Of a stretch of DNA of 64,000 nt, positions 1 to 11,919 are shown piece by piece. Below the pieces are notes generated by a model. The model did no database searches. It saw nothing but the letters and a program-made list of their open reading frames with translations, and was not told the DNA's origin. Origin of the DNA: Octopus sinensis (lineage: Eukaryota); assembly GCF_006345805.1 (NCBI RefSeq), contig NC_043012.1, positions 36,704,001-36,768,000 of the forward strand. The letters are read 5' to 3'. Both the position numbers and the translations under genes were made by a program. The number at the start of each line of letters is the position of its first letter. The stretch's first letter is position 1.

Positions 1-545
1 AATGATGAAAGACTTTTCAAGCAACTTTTGTATGGTGAGCTGGAAGATAGGAGACCAGCACATGAACCCAAAATGAGGGTTCAAGGACTGCCTCAGAATT
101 GCTCTGATGCAGACAGGTATTTCAGGTGTTGATTGGGAGGCACAAGACTGAGATGGGTGGAGGAAGAGAGTGCCCAGTGGTTGCTCGAGATTTGAGAGGG
201 GGGGGGTGAAGCAGGAGAAGATTAGGAGAAGGTTTAGAAGGAATGAACCTGTGGAGAATGAGGGAGTGTTGCTTTTTGTGTGTGTGTAGTTTGTTGGAAG
301 AGGGGTTGAGTCGTGTGGGTCTGGTTAGCCTTCAGAGGACTCACAGGAATCGCCCCATGGTAAATTGTGATGTGGCTTTTGTTCACAACAAAACATGTGG
401 AAAGGGGTGCCTCTCAGTTGGAGGATAGAAAAGGCATGTCAGAAGAGTTCATACTGTGGCCCCTGGTCCTTCTGCTAGTCTGCACAGCTGTGCATTATGC
501 AATAGAATGTGCAAATCTTTGGCCAGGCTCAAGAGTCATACAAGG
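1..545 (+). mobile_element. RTE-clade LINE, decayed 3' fragment
   Basis: Frameshifted translation NDERLFKQLLYGEL...FKDCL at 1-100 and C-terminal zinc-finger-like CALCNRMCKSLARLKSHTR at about 490-545, both typical of RTE/BovB ORF ends. Confidence 0.75.
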
Positions 546-621
546 GCCTCACATTGCATCAACGTTGACTCATTTCAGCGATTCTTTCTAGCAATGGCTT
601 TGCTCGTATACAACAAAGCAG

Positions 622-684
<63 letters not shown>

Positions 685-2329
685 TATCTATCTATATGTA
701 TGTATATGTGCTGGCGTCATGTAAAAAGCACCTAGTACACTCCGTAAAGTAGTTGGCTGTTGGAGGGGCATCCAGCCATAGCAACCATGCCAAAGCGGAC
801 AGTTGGAGCCTTGTGCAGTCTTCCAGCTATGTCAGATTTTGTCAAACTGTCCAATCCATGCAGCATGGAAAACGGACATTAAATGATGATGATGATGTGT
901 GTGTGTGTGTGTGTGTGTGTGTCTCCTTGTTTTGACATCATGTGATGGTTGTAAACGAGCCTCTCTGTTCTGCAAGTGGTGTCCTTTGTTTCCAGTCCAG
1001 AGTGAAAAAACCTGTCTGACCATGGAGGAAATATTACCTTGCTTGGAACAGAAAGTTTGCCTCAAGCAATTCTATTCAGCCATGTAAGCATGGAACAGTA
1101 ATCGGTAAAACAACTCTGATGATGATGGTGGTGGTGGTGGTGGCAGCAGTGGCTTTTCAAGTTCAAGCCCATCTTTACTTTTTTTGTCTCATGGAAGTTG
1201 ATAGATGTATTTAACCAGTGGTATAGTGGAGTGGGTCAGCTCTGTTGATTTTTTTTTTTATCCAACTCAGCTGTGGTATTGTGTCTCAATAAAACACCAT
1301 TACTATTGTTGTTGTTGTTAGTATAGTGATGGTGGTGGTGGTGGAACTCTGCTGTGTGTGAAAAATATTGAACCAGTTTTCGATCAGATAACAATAAATA
1401 ATAATAGAGCAACATATTCCAATTGTCACGGCACACCCCAGAAGCTATTAATAGGTCAATGAACTGAGATATTTGTTGTTAGTTCTCGCGTGTACCACCA
1501 CCACCACCACCACCACCACCACCATAGTACTTGGTTGTCAGGAGGGTGGACTGGTCTTCATATGTTTTCATACATTCAATCTTGTCTGTTTTCTGTCAAG
1601 TAAACTCAGCAAACAACAGCCACCAGTGATAGCTTAGAAGGACTTGTAAAGGGGTGGAGGGGGTGGTTGCAAAGAAGTAAGACTTGCGAGGGTGGTAGTT
1701 GGAGGTAAAGAGCTGTGAGGTGGTAGAGCACCACACTCCATGCTTTACGTGGTTTGTTTGAGCTTTCTACATTTGCCTCAGTTGATTTAACCTTAAAATA
1801 CCATAACTTAGTTGTTGTTCAGTCCCAGGTCATTCCTGCCAGAGCAGACTTGTGATTAAAGACATGCCAGCCGTGACCATCCCTGTCTTTTCCTGTGTGC
1901 AGGGAAGCCAGAACCACATTATCCAATGTATATTCTTTCCTAAGATGGCAAGGTGTGATTTGATGGACTTTGGCTGCTTTTTCTAGCAGACTGAACAACC
2001 ATACACAAACTCCCCCTTATGGTTGGAATAAGTACCAGTAATATATCATGGCCATTGACTAACTAAACCAACAATGATTTCAAATATTGGTACGATGCCA
2101 GGAATTTATAGAGATGACCCAGAGTCTTTGAGAGAAATTTTGCAAGATTGGGTCCCACCTTGTCAGGAAGTTTTTCTTGGGTCTCTGGCCCCACCCTCAG
2201 TCCTATGTAGTCCTCTCTTCTCAAAGACCTTGCAGAAAGCATATGAGTTTCTTGAATTGATACTTATGTTCTTGACCCCAAGAGGGGATGAAAAGCAAAG
2301 CTGTCCTAGAATTGAACTAAGAACATTTA

Positions 2330-2749
2330 CCCTTCAGCATTTAAAGTGGCCACATCCGGCCCAGTTATTCTATGTATTTTATGATCTGGCTTTTCACACA
2401 TACCCTTCAACGTCGTCCCCAAAATAAACAATGACATCATGGAAATCTCAAAACGAGATAATGCACAATTAATTCAAAACAATGGGATTAGATAAGCATT
2501 ATATTTGACAGAATAATTTGAATGCTAAGGGGTCAGCCCTTTAGCATTTAAACCAGCCACAGCAGGGTAAAATATTCTACCCGATTAAGCGACTAGATCT
2601 GACCTCTCAGACCTACCCTTCAATGTCATTGTAAAAATAAACAATCGCATTATCAAAATGTTAAACCTACAAGATAATACATGATTAATTGCAGAAAATG
2701 TGGATAAAGAAGCATTATGTGTTAAGAGAATGATCAGTATAGAGAAGGG
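2330..2749. mobile_element. Two abutting piggyBac-like MITEs
   Basis: Termini CCCTTCAGCAT...ATGCTAAGGGG (2330-2532) and CCCTTTAGCATT...GAAGGG (2537-2749) joined through a degenerate 4-bp TTAA-like site. Confidence 0.55.
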
Positions 2750-4365
2750 TCAAAGGTTGATTATCAGTTCTTTTATCATTTTCATCATTCCACCATTCCA
2801 AGAAAAGGATTGAGGCTTAGACCTAAGTCTGTTACAAGCTCCAGGACTCAAGACTAGAGCTTCACCCTGTTTCCATTGCAGTAGAGATTACAACACAACA
2901 GCACCCCCTCCACTCCACAGGATGGGATGCCAGTTCCTCACAAGGTTAACTTCCCAGCTGAGTGGATTGGAGCAACATGAAATGAAGTGGCTTGCTCAAG
3001 GATACAATGCATTGCCTGGTCTGGATATTGAAACCAGTATCTTCTGGTTGTGAGCACAGCACTCTAACCAATAAGCTATGTGGCTTCAGGAAAGCCTTAC
3101 AGAACAATCTCAAAAGAAGCCCAAAGTTCTTTTGATACCATTCTACCTGAAGCCACCCATGGTTCTGTGTCACAAAATTCTTCAAAATTATCTTAAAAAA
3201 CTTCCATCAGAATGTAATGTTAATTTATGTTCCAAACATCAGATTAATAACGACAAAGTTATTTTACTGAGTTGTTTGTTGTTTTAAAAATAAATCAAAA
3301 CAAAGCAATGAATTTCAACAGAAATATGGGGACCGAAGGGTTAAGGTGATCCATCAGAATTTCATGTTTCTTTATGTTCCAGACACCTGCTGAATAATAA
3401 TGAATTTATTTTACTAAATTCCCTGTTATTTTAAAAATAAATTGAAACAAAGCTCTGTATTTCAAAAGAAATACAAAGCCTCTTTTTTTTACTTTGTGGT
3501 AACAAAAGAACTTCTGTAGTTTGAAGTGGTTGGACTGTCATTAAATATTTTCTTCTCTTCATTAACAACAACAACAAAAAAAAAAGGGTTAAAATGGAAA
3601 TTCTTTACAAAACCTCCAATAAATATTCATTCTTCTGCTTTGGCTGTGACTGAGTTGCTTTTTTAATTTTGGGAGTAAAATTGAATATTTTGATATTGTT
3701 GGATGATTGTTTTTATAATTGCTATTATCTACCTAGTGTCCCCACATGTTTTATAAATCTGCCACATGTGTTGTAATGATTCCAACCGTAAAAAAATACT
3801 TCATTGTTTTGTAAACATCACACTGTTTTATAAACCTGCCACATATGTTGAGAATTGCAAAACATGTGGCTCTCAACTGGTTTAAAAATCTGCCACATGT
3901 CATACCGTCCCACTTGTTTTATAACCATCCCCATATGTTTTGACTTCTCAAATGCATAACTATTCCACATCTCATAAATACTCCACATGTTAAAAGTTAC
4001 TCTACATGTTTTATGATTCTGTATACATTGTACTTCTACCCTACCTCATATATAACAACTGCACATGTATGTTACCCCCCCAAGTTTATCCTACTGTTTA
4101 TAGTGTTCACTAGGTAGATCATATGGTTCACTTATTAGTTTACATAATTTCCTACATGTGTAATTCATGAACAGCTTACACAGTTCACTGCACACTTTTC
4201 ACTGTTTACTGTACTGTTCACATGGTTTAGTGGCCCATAGAGGATAGTTAACATTGTTCATTGTTAATGTGGTTCATAATAGAATATATTGTATTTTCTG
4301 GCATAAAAGTTGAATTATTCAGACAAAAACTTTCAGTAAAGATTGTTTGCCAAAATAACATGATT

Positions 4366-4645
4366 GTCCTGGTTTAGGACGAATGTTGCTGTAATTTAGC
4401 CCCAGGAGACATTGTCTCCAGCTGGCTATACGACATGATCTGTGTCCTTATATTTTCGAACAAGGGAATCTAGCACCCCAACTCAGCTCAAAACAATATC
4501 TGTGTATCATGATTTCCAGATATTGTTTTGAGCTGAGTGGGGGTGCTAGATTCCCTTGTTCGAAAATATAAGGACACAGATCATGTCGTATAGCCAGCTG
4601 AAGACGGGGGCTAAATTACAGCAACATTTTATCCTAAACAAGGAC
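4366..4645. repeat. Foldback / MITE-like hairpin, about 135-bp arms, 14-nt loop
   Basis: 4366-4502 is the near-exact reverse complement of 4517-4645. Confidence 0.9.
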
Positions 4646-4989
4646 TGCTGCTGAATATCTCTCGTTGTGAGATTTAAGAATAGTAATTTTCTAAAAACTT
4701 TCAGCTAAAAACAGTAGGTTTTGACTTCTACACCAAGACAATGTTGTAGGACCATGACTTCCATGTGAAATGCAGCAGAATTTGGAAAGATAGGGATGAT
4801 GTTTGTGTGTGTTGTTTGAATGTTTACATTATATATTATGTCAATCTGTTTGCTGAAAAATGCAGTAATTATCTTAGTTTATTGTTAATGAGGTGATAGA
4901 AAGCAGTTCACTTATTTTGCTGTAAATATAATTTATAGGGTAAAAAGCATTGGGGCTGCTTCCATGTAATAATCACTGGTATTGGTGCC

Positions 4990-5345
4990 ATGTAAAGAGC
5001 TCTGGTACTGGTACCTTGTAAAGAGCTCTGGTACTGGTACCTTGTAAAGCATTCTAGTACTGGTACCTTGTAAAGAGAGCTCTGGTACTGGTACCTTGTA
5101 AAGAGCTCTGGTACTGGTGCCATATAAAGAGCACTGATGCCACGTAGAAAGCACTGGTGTTGGTGCCACACAAAAAGCACTGAACCATGTAAAATGCTCT
5201 GATGATGGTGTCATGTAAAAAGCACCCATTACACTCTAAAGTATTTGGCATTAGGAAGGGCATCCAGCTGTAGAAATATTGCCAACCCCTGTTGAGCCAT
5301 CCAACCCATGCTGGCATGGAAAACGGATGTTAAATGATGATGATA
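4990..5345 (+). mobile_element. SINE 3' half with (GAT)n tail and internal about 26-bp tandem repeat
   Basis: About 5 copies of AGAGCTCTGGTACTGGTACCTTGTAA, then the family motif GGAAGGGCATCCAGCTGTAGAAA...GGAAAACGGATGTTAAATGATGATGAT. Confidence 0.8.
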
Positions 5346-5779
5346 TGATTTATATGGCGATATCTAGTTTTCATTGTCGAATCCCTATGAGCACAGTCCA
5401 TGGTGGACAGTGCACGTACTGGTGTAGGTGTTCAGGGAGCATTTAGATGCTCAACCACAAAGGATCATCAAGGAACACATCATTGCATTCAGAAGTAGAC
5501 TGGATTATGATAACCTGATAAGCTATGGGGAGCTCTATATATAACAGTAGCAGACATACATCTATTTGTACACACAGTCTTTTCACTGTGTGTTTGTGCA
5601 TGTGTGTGTTCAGAGTCTATGCAGAGCTACAGCAGCAGTAAACAGTGACGTAACCGTTTTACAGCTCAGCTACAAATGATGCCATCACTATTTACGAGGT
5701 GGGCTGCTGATGATGTAAACGTTAGTGGCTGTGGCTGCAAACAGGTGACATCTCTAATGGTATTTGTTTAATTTTCCAG

Positions 5780-6081
5780 GAAGAGAACAACTGTGAACTG
5801 TATCCCGGTGTTAACAATGTAGGTAATACCTACTCCCTAAACTCGTTCAATGGTAACGTCCAGGCAGAGAAACAAGCAGCAGAGAAAGACATTGTGGAAA
5901 CAGCGGCAGTGAACCCTATGGAGTTCAAGCTGAGGCAGTCGGAATTTATGGAAGCCCAGAAGCAACAGGCTGAATTTATTGAAGCCCAGAAGCAACAGGC
6001 TGAGTTTATGGAAGCTCAAAAGCAACAGGCTGAGTTTATGGAAGCCCAGAAGCAACAGGCTGAGAAATTAGCCGAGGAAAG
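5780..6081 (+). CDS. BTB/POZ-domain protein, internal exon A (EENNCELYPG...(EFMEAQKQQA)x4...LAEE)
   Basis: CTAAT branch point at 5754, TTTTCCAG acceptor, open frame over all 302 nt, AG|GTTAGT donor; the phase-2 end joins exon B in frame. Confidence 0.75.
5942..6061 (+). repeat. Coding 30-bp tandem repeat x4
   Basis: GA(A/G)TTTAT(G/T)GAAGC(C/T)CA(G/A)AAGCAACAGGCT repeated four times in frame. Confidence 0.95.
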
Positions 6082-6793
6082 GTTAGTAGTCTTGCTATTT
6101 AAGTGTGAGATTTGTTGTTAGTTCAATATTTGATCTAAATTTTGAAGAATTCTCAGTTTTATGCTAAGACTTAGGAAGACTCTTAAAAGGTTTTTCAGAG
6201 TTTTCCAAATATGGTTCATTGTTTTAGTGGTTTAGTTTTGATTTATTTTCTTGCATTTACTTCTCCTGTCACCAACCCTTAACTTACTCTTTGTCCAGAA
6301 AGGGTTTCCTTTTTTTTTTTTATTTTGGATTCAAAAAGAATTGAAATGTGTAGAGCTAGCAGATGATTTGCTGACAAAAAATATCAACAGATGTCACCTG
6401 TTGCAGCCACAGCCACTAACGTTTACATCATCAGCAGCCCACCTCGTAAATAGTGATGGCATCATTTGTAGCTGAGCTGTAAAACGGTTACGTCACTGTT
6501 TACTGCTGCTGTAGCTCTGCATAGACTCTGAACACACACATGCACAAACACACAGTGAAAAGACTGTGTGTACAAATAGATGTATGTCTGCTACTGTTAT
6601 ATATAGAGCTCCCCATAGCTTATCAGGTTATCATAATCCAGTCTACTTCTGACTGCAATAATGTGTTCCTTGATGATCCTTTGTGGTTGAGCATCTAAAT
6701 GCTCCCTGAACACCTACACCTGAGTTCCAAACAATGATAGTGGTGAAACATGTGTAGGAATTTTATTATAAACTTGAGTTTATCCTTATTCCT

Positions 6794-6874
<81 letters not shown>

Positions 6875-6924
6875 ACTAAGTGGAGCAAGATCACACATGA
6901 AAACGAAAGGTGTCGCTGAGAAAC

Positions 6925-7394
6925 ACAGAGAAAATAGGCGATGAGTGTACATGCATATTTCAGGAAGTATTGCTCTCTCATCAGTATCACATCCAACTGA
7001 TCAACAATTCACAAACACATTGCGTAAATATATCAGTGATGTAACACTAATATATATCTTGTTGTATTTTGGGATGGTCATTTTTTTTTTGGCCTAATAA
7101 ACACACGCACTATATATATGTGACGAAAGATTTTCGGACAATGGATATGAGTTAAAATAATAAAATAAGAACAGTAATAAACTATTGGAGGGAAAATATA
7201 TAGTGCGTGTGTTTATTAGGCCCCCCCCCAAAAAAAAATGACCATCCCAAAATACAACAAGATATATATTAGTGTTACACCACTGATATATTTAAGCAAT
7301 GTGTTTGTGAATTGTTGATCAGTTGGATGTGATACTGATGAGAGAGCAATACTTCCTGAAATATGCATGTACACTCATCGCCTATTTTCTCTGT
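6925..7394. repeat. Inverted repeat, about 195-bp arms (6925-7117 / 7196-7394), about 80-nt loop
   Basis: Reverse-complement match with a few substitutions and a homopolymer indel. Confidence 0.9.
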
Positions 7395-7949
7395 CTTTGA
7401 TTGCATTGTTTATACAGACATATCTGTGGCATGAAATGCAGTAAATGTCAGTGCTGGCTCTGAACTCTATAGAAAATCCGTAGAGGTAAACTTGTGTGTG
7501 TGTGTGTATATATATATATATTTATATATTTGTGTGTGTGTATGTTTTGAATGTGAAACAATGTGTATATGTTAATAATATACACGCTGTCTGACAGCTG
7601 ACAGAATGTTCATTGATAGATGTAAAAACACTGCAGTTGGTGACAGTTAAAAGAATGGAACAATTGAAATATGGTGTCAGTTTATTCGTCGGATTTGCTG
7701 TTGTTTTGTTTTAACCTGGTGTTGGCTGTCAGCTCTGGTCAGCCTGACCAAACATCACACACGATCCAACTGTGACCATTATTCAATGTGTCCTTTTGTT
7801 ATTCTTTTACTCGTTTCAGTTGTTGGGCTGTGGCCATGCTGTGGCACTGCCTTGAAGAGTTTATTCAAACGAATTAACTTCTAGTACTTATTTCTGTGTC
7901 TTCTACTTACTTGTGAAGGTGCATGGCTTCTACTGACAAGTGAAAGCAC

Positions 7950-8280
7950 ATGGCGCAGGTGGTTAGAGCATCGGGCTCACAATCATGAGGTTGTGAGTTC
8001 GATTCCTGGACTGGGATGTGTGTGTTGTGTTCTTGAGCAAGACACTTTATTTCAAGTTGCTCCAGTTCACTCAGCTGTAGAAATGATTTGCAACATCACT
8101 GGTGCATCGGCCCCTTTGCCTTTCCCTTGGATAACATCAGTGGTGTGGAGAGTGGGGTGCTGGTAGGCATGGGTGACTGCTGGTCTTCCATAAACAACCT
8201 TGCCTGGACTTGTATTTTGGATGGGAACTTTCTAGGAGCAATTCCCTGGTCATTCAAGACCAAAGGGAGTCTTTACTCTT
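7950..8280 (+). mobile_element. tRNA-derived SINE (family D here; second copy at 55919-56258)
   Basis: A box TGGCGCAGGTGG, B box GAGTTCGATTCC, core TTCTTGAGCAAGACACTTTATT; collinear with the copy at 55.9 kb. Confidence 0.8.
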
Positions 8281-8896
8281 TTTACTTGTTCCAATGATCT
8301 ATTTTGCTACACTGGTAGATTACGAGGATGTAAGCAAACCAACAGAGGTTGTCAAGTAGTGGTGGGAGACAAACACATGCACAGAAAGTGAGTGTAAGCA
8401 GAGTAAGAGAGAGAGTGAGTGAGTGAGAGAAAGAGTGAGAGAGAGAGTTTAAGGCTTAAAGATGACAATGTATATAAATGAACTCCTTTTTGACAGAAGT
8501 AATGCAATAATTTGGTTCCCAGACTAAAAGACAGGATCCTGAAATTCTACTTCAAGCACACTGCAAACGTTTATGGATTGTGAATGTTCCAAGTTGTTGT
8601 GAAAGGGGAGAAGAAAATTCCTTGTGGTGTTCGTTTTGGCCCTTTTCGTGTGAGATTATGACATTCTCCCTAAATCGGATGCCAGACCATTGCAGGGTTC
8701 AAAGCCAGAGATTTTGAGGGGAGGGTGTGATCTCAGTTACTTATAGGCTATGGAAACTGGGTAACTGTATGGGTCTGGGGACTCAAGAAAAAAAGGAATA
8801 TGCTTTGTAGAATGAAGCTGAGACGATGCAAGGTTGAACTCAGCACATAAAAAGGGCCAAAACGAACACCACAAGGAATTTTCTCCTCCACTTTAA

Positions 8897-9204
8897 CCCC
8901 TTACCCGGCAGAAACGAATATATGCGTTTTGACCGAAATCGTTTTTTTCTATCTCTGGCGAGTTAACTCGTCAAAAGATAGACTCGCCAAAATCGACAGC
9001 AAACGAGTTCCTTCGTCTAAAAACGGGTTAACTCGTTTCTGCCCAAAGCGGTAATTTAAAATCAATATTATTGAATTAAAATTCATAATAAATAAGGTTT
9101 GAAATATACCTCGAAATCACCATTCAAAACATAGTAAAATAAAACAATTAAAAAATATGTCTGAAAAAATACATTTATTTTCAAAATAATTGTTGGGTAA
9201 GGGG
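8897..9204. mobile_element. piggyBac-like MITE
   Basis: 10-bp TIR CCCCTTACCC/GGGTAAGGGG with TTAA duplicated at 8893-8896 and 9205-9208. Confidence 0.85.
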
Positions 9205-10189
9205 TTAACAACTTGGAACATTTGCAATCCCTAAACATTTGCAGTGTGCATGAAGTACAATTTCCGGGTACTTGATTGGTACTTTATTTTATTGACCCTG
9301 TGAGGATGAAAGGGAAAGTTAATTTTCAGGGGATTTAAACTTGGAATGTAAAGAGTTGGAAGAATGCTATTAAGGATATTGTCTGATGTGTTAACAATCT
9401 TGGCGTCTTTCCACCTTGTAGAACAGTGCTTCTCAGCCATGGTTCCCAGAAACACATGTGGCCCTCAAGCATCCTTCCAGTGGACCCCAACGGTCTTCCC
9501 TCTATAATATAATAAAGTCTTCTTTAATTGACTTGTGTTTTACACTTTTTGGTACAGCCCCTTAAAAGAATCGAGGTTTTTGATCTGGCCTGGATATTAA
9601 AATGGTTGAGAGTGTGCTGGGTGCATTTTTTTAAGTAGTACCACCACTAGCGAGGTCACCTTATGATTGACAGGAAGAACTGGAGAGGTGGGTAAGGTGT
9701 TGAGAGAAGATAAAGTAAAGGGGCAGGGGGAAAGAGATTTACTGTTGTGAGAGGGTGGTGGTGGTGGTGGTGGAGAGAGAGAGTAGCAAGAAGTGACAGT
9801 ACTGGAGAGGGGGGGAGTTATGGAAAGGAGAGGAGGAAAGAGAAAGGGTAGCAAGGGTTGAAAAACAGGGGCAGAGCAGTAAAGGTGATGAAGTGGGCTG
9901 AGTAGGAGGGAGGGCACTCATCCAGTGCCATTCCACATTGTATAGGTAGATGAATATGGATGGGTGGAGTAGATGGAGGGTTGCATGAGAGATGGAGAAG
10001 CTGTGGGGAGAGGCTCAATGAAAAAAAAGAAGAGGTGGTCTAGAGAGAGGAGAGGGTATTGAGGTGGTGGCAGTGTGAGAAGAGAAAACGAGGAGTAAGG
10101 GGGTGGATGAATGCAGTGTGAGACAGATGGAGTGTCCTTAGCCACCCTCATTACCCGTCTTAACATTCTCTCTTCCATGTTTACCCAAG

Positions 10190-10450
10190 ACTGGATGTTT
10201 CTCTCGTACAATTGTATGTCATCAATTGTCTCAGTTCCTTGTCATCTCTTTTACGAGGCTCAGCTTCTTGAGATTGGTTCTCATCATTTCACCTCACCTC
10301 CTCCTAGCGTCTCCCCTTCCAAAAGCACCATCTACTTCACGCATTCAGCACTTCTTATGCCACTGTTGTCATCCATATGCACCACACGTCCATACCAACG
10401 CCAGTCTCCTCTCTCGCCAGCCACACTGGATTCCTCTTTCTACACAGTTT
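10190..10450 (-). mobile_element. Old RTE LINE 3' fragment
   Basis: Minus strand reads as a frameshifted RERRL.WYGRVVHMDD...GRGR-like C-terminus, homologous to 45950-46200. Confidence 0.6.
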
Positions 10451-10569
10451 CCCTTCCAAGGCCTTTGAATGTGTTGTTGAAGGATACAAATATTTTGCAT
10501 CTGGCCTTTTATGCCTGCTTTTTTTTCTTTCTTTTTGTAAACATGTTTGTGTTTTGTTCTTTTTTGTAG

Positions 10570-10711
10570 GCAACAAAGACAGAACGAAAATAAAGTATAT
10601 AAATATATGGTTTTGAATCACGAGAAGAAAATTCTGGAAACTCTTCGAACGCTTTGGAAAGGAAACCAGTTCTGTGATGCAATGTTGCAAAATGAATGCG
10701 TGTCCATTCCA
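10570..10711 (+). CDS. BTB/POZ-domain protein, exon B (QQRQNENKVYKYMVLNHEKKILETLRTLWKGNQFCDAMLQNECVSIP)
   Basis: Long pyrimidine tract + TAG acceptor, CCA|GTAAGT donor; H..IL..L..LW...FCD is the canonical BTB N-terminus; in-frame ATG at 10607. Confidence 0.9.
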
Positions 10712-10748
10712 GTAAGTTTCAGCCATTGTTTATTGTAAGATAACCAGT

Positions 10749-11175
10749 CATCATCATCATTGTTTAATGTCTGTTTTCCATACTGGCATGGGTTGGACGG
10801 TTCGACTGGGGTCTGGGAAGCCAGGAGGCTGCACCAGGCACCAGTCTGATCTGGCAGTGTTTCTACCGTTGGATGCCCTTCCTAATGCCAACCACTCCGA
10901 GTGTGTAGTGGGTGCCACCAGCACAGGGGCCAGAGAGGGCTAGCATTGACCATGATCGGATTGTGCTTTTTATGTGCCACCAGCATGAGGATCACTGCGA
11001 TTTGATTTTGATGTACTTGACTCAATAGGTCTCCTCAAGCATGGCACGTCGCCCTACAGTCCAAGGTACTTTTGAGTGGGCTGGTTATGCGACACTGGTG
11101 TAGGTTACAGCTGTGAACTCACTTTATTTGCTGGGTCTTCTCAGTCACAGCATATCTCCAGAGGTCTCAGTGTCC
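10749..11175 (-). mobile_element. RTE LINE 3' end/UTR with (GAT)n tail
   Basis: Reverse complement matches 37500-38020, which joins the RTE C-terminus to the SINE-shared tail. Confidence 0.7.
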
Positions 11176-11885
11176 CAAATAAAGGGCCTTGTGCACACTG
11201 CAATGCAGTTGGCACTAGGAAGGGCATCCAGTCATAGAAATCATGCCAAAGCTGACACTGGAACTTGGTGCAACCCTGCAGCTCACTGTCTTCTGTCAAA
11301 CTGTCCAACTCATGTCAGTTTGGGAGATGGACAGGTAAATGATGAGGGTGAATCGATTGCTGCTCCAGTTGGGATTCTGATTGGGTTGGTGGCTACCTTT
11401 GGGTATTTTAATTTTGTCTGACTATTGTAGTGAAGAATAATTAACAGGGCCACTTAGAACTGCATTTCTTAATCTGTGGGAAATTTCAGGATTTCAAGGG
11501 GACATTTAGGAATTCTGGTGTGTGCAGGGAATTTTTTTTGGTTAGGAAATTCTTTGTAATCTTTTCTTTACTGTTTTTATTAGATTTAGTTTCCTTAATA
11601 ATGATTTAAGGATGTTAAATAATTTAAAATTAATATAAAACCTTTAATATAAAATCTGTTTTATATTGATTTATATACAAGATTATTAATTTTTTATGTT
11701 ATGTGATAAATTGTCTTGTATACAAGATTAATCTCTAAATAATAATAGTTGGTATAAAGGGGGAAAGAGAGAGTAAAAGAGCTAGGGAGAGAGACTTAGC
11801 ATAAGATGTGCAGGATGAGTGCACATACTAGGCTTGGTGGCAGGCAATGAATAAAAATCTGTTCCTCTCTTCTCTCCATGCATGT

Positions 11886-11919
<34 letters not shown>

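Larger units (their letters stand above)
5421..6720. repeat. Long inverted repeat (about 333-bp arms 5421-5753 and 6389-6720) enclosing a coding exon
   Basis: Direct comparison shows only about 3 differences between the arms. Confidence 0.95.

Noticed and set aside
500-545. C2H2 zinc-finger exon that could complete a BTB-ZF protein
   Set aside because: It is the terminal motif of the RTE fragment, lies upstream of the BTB exons and has no splice signals
9600-10450. Purine-to-pyrimidine strand flip suggesting a large old hairpin
   Set aside because: The pyrimidine half is a minus-strand RTE 3' fragment and the purine half is GA-rich low complexity; no alignable arms
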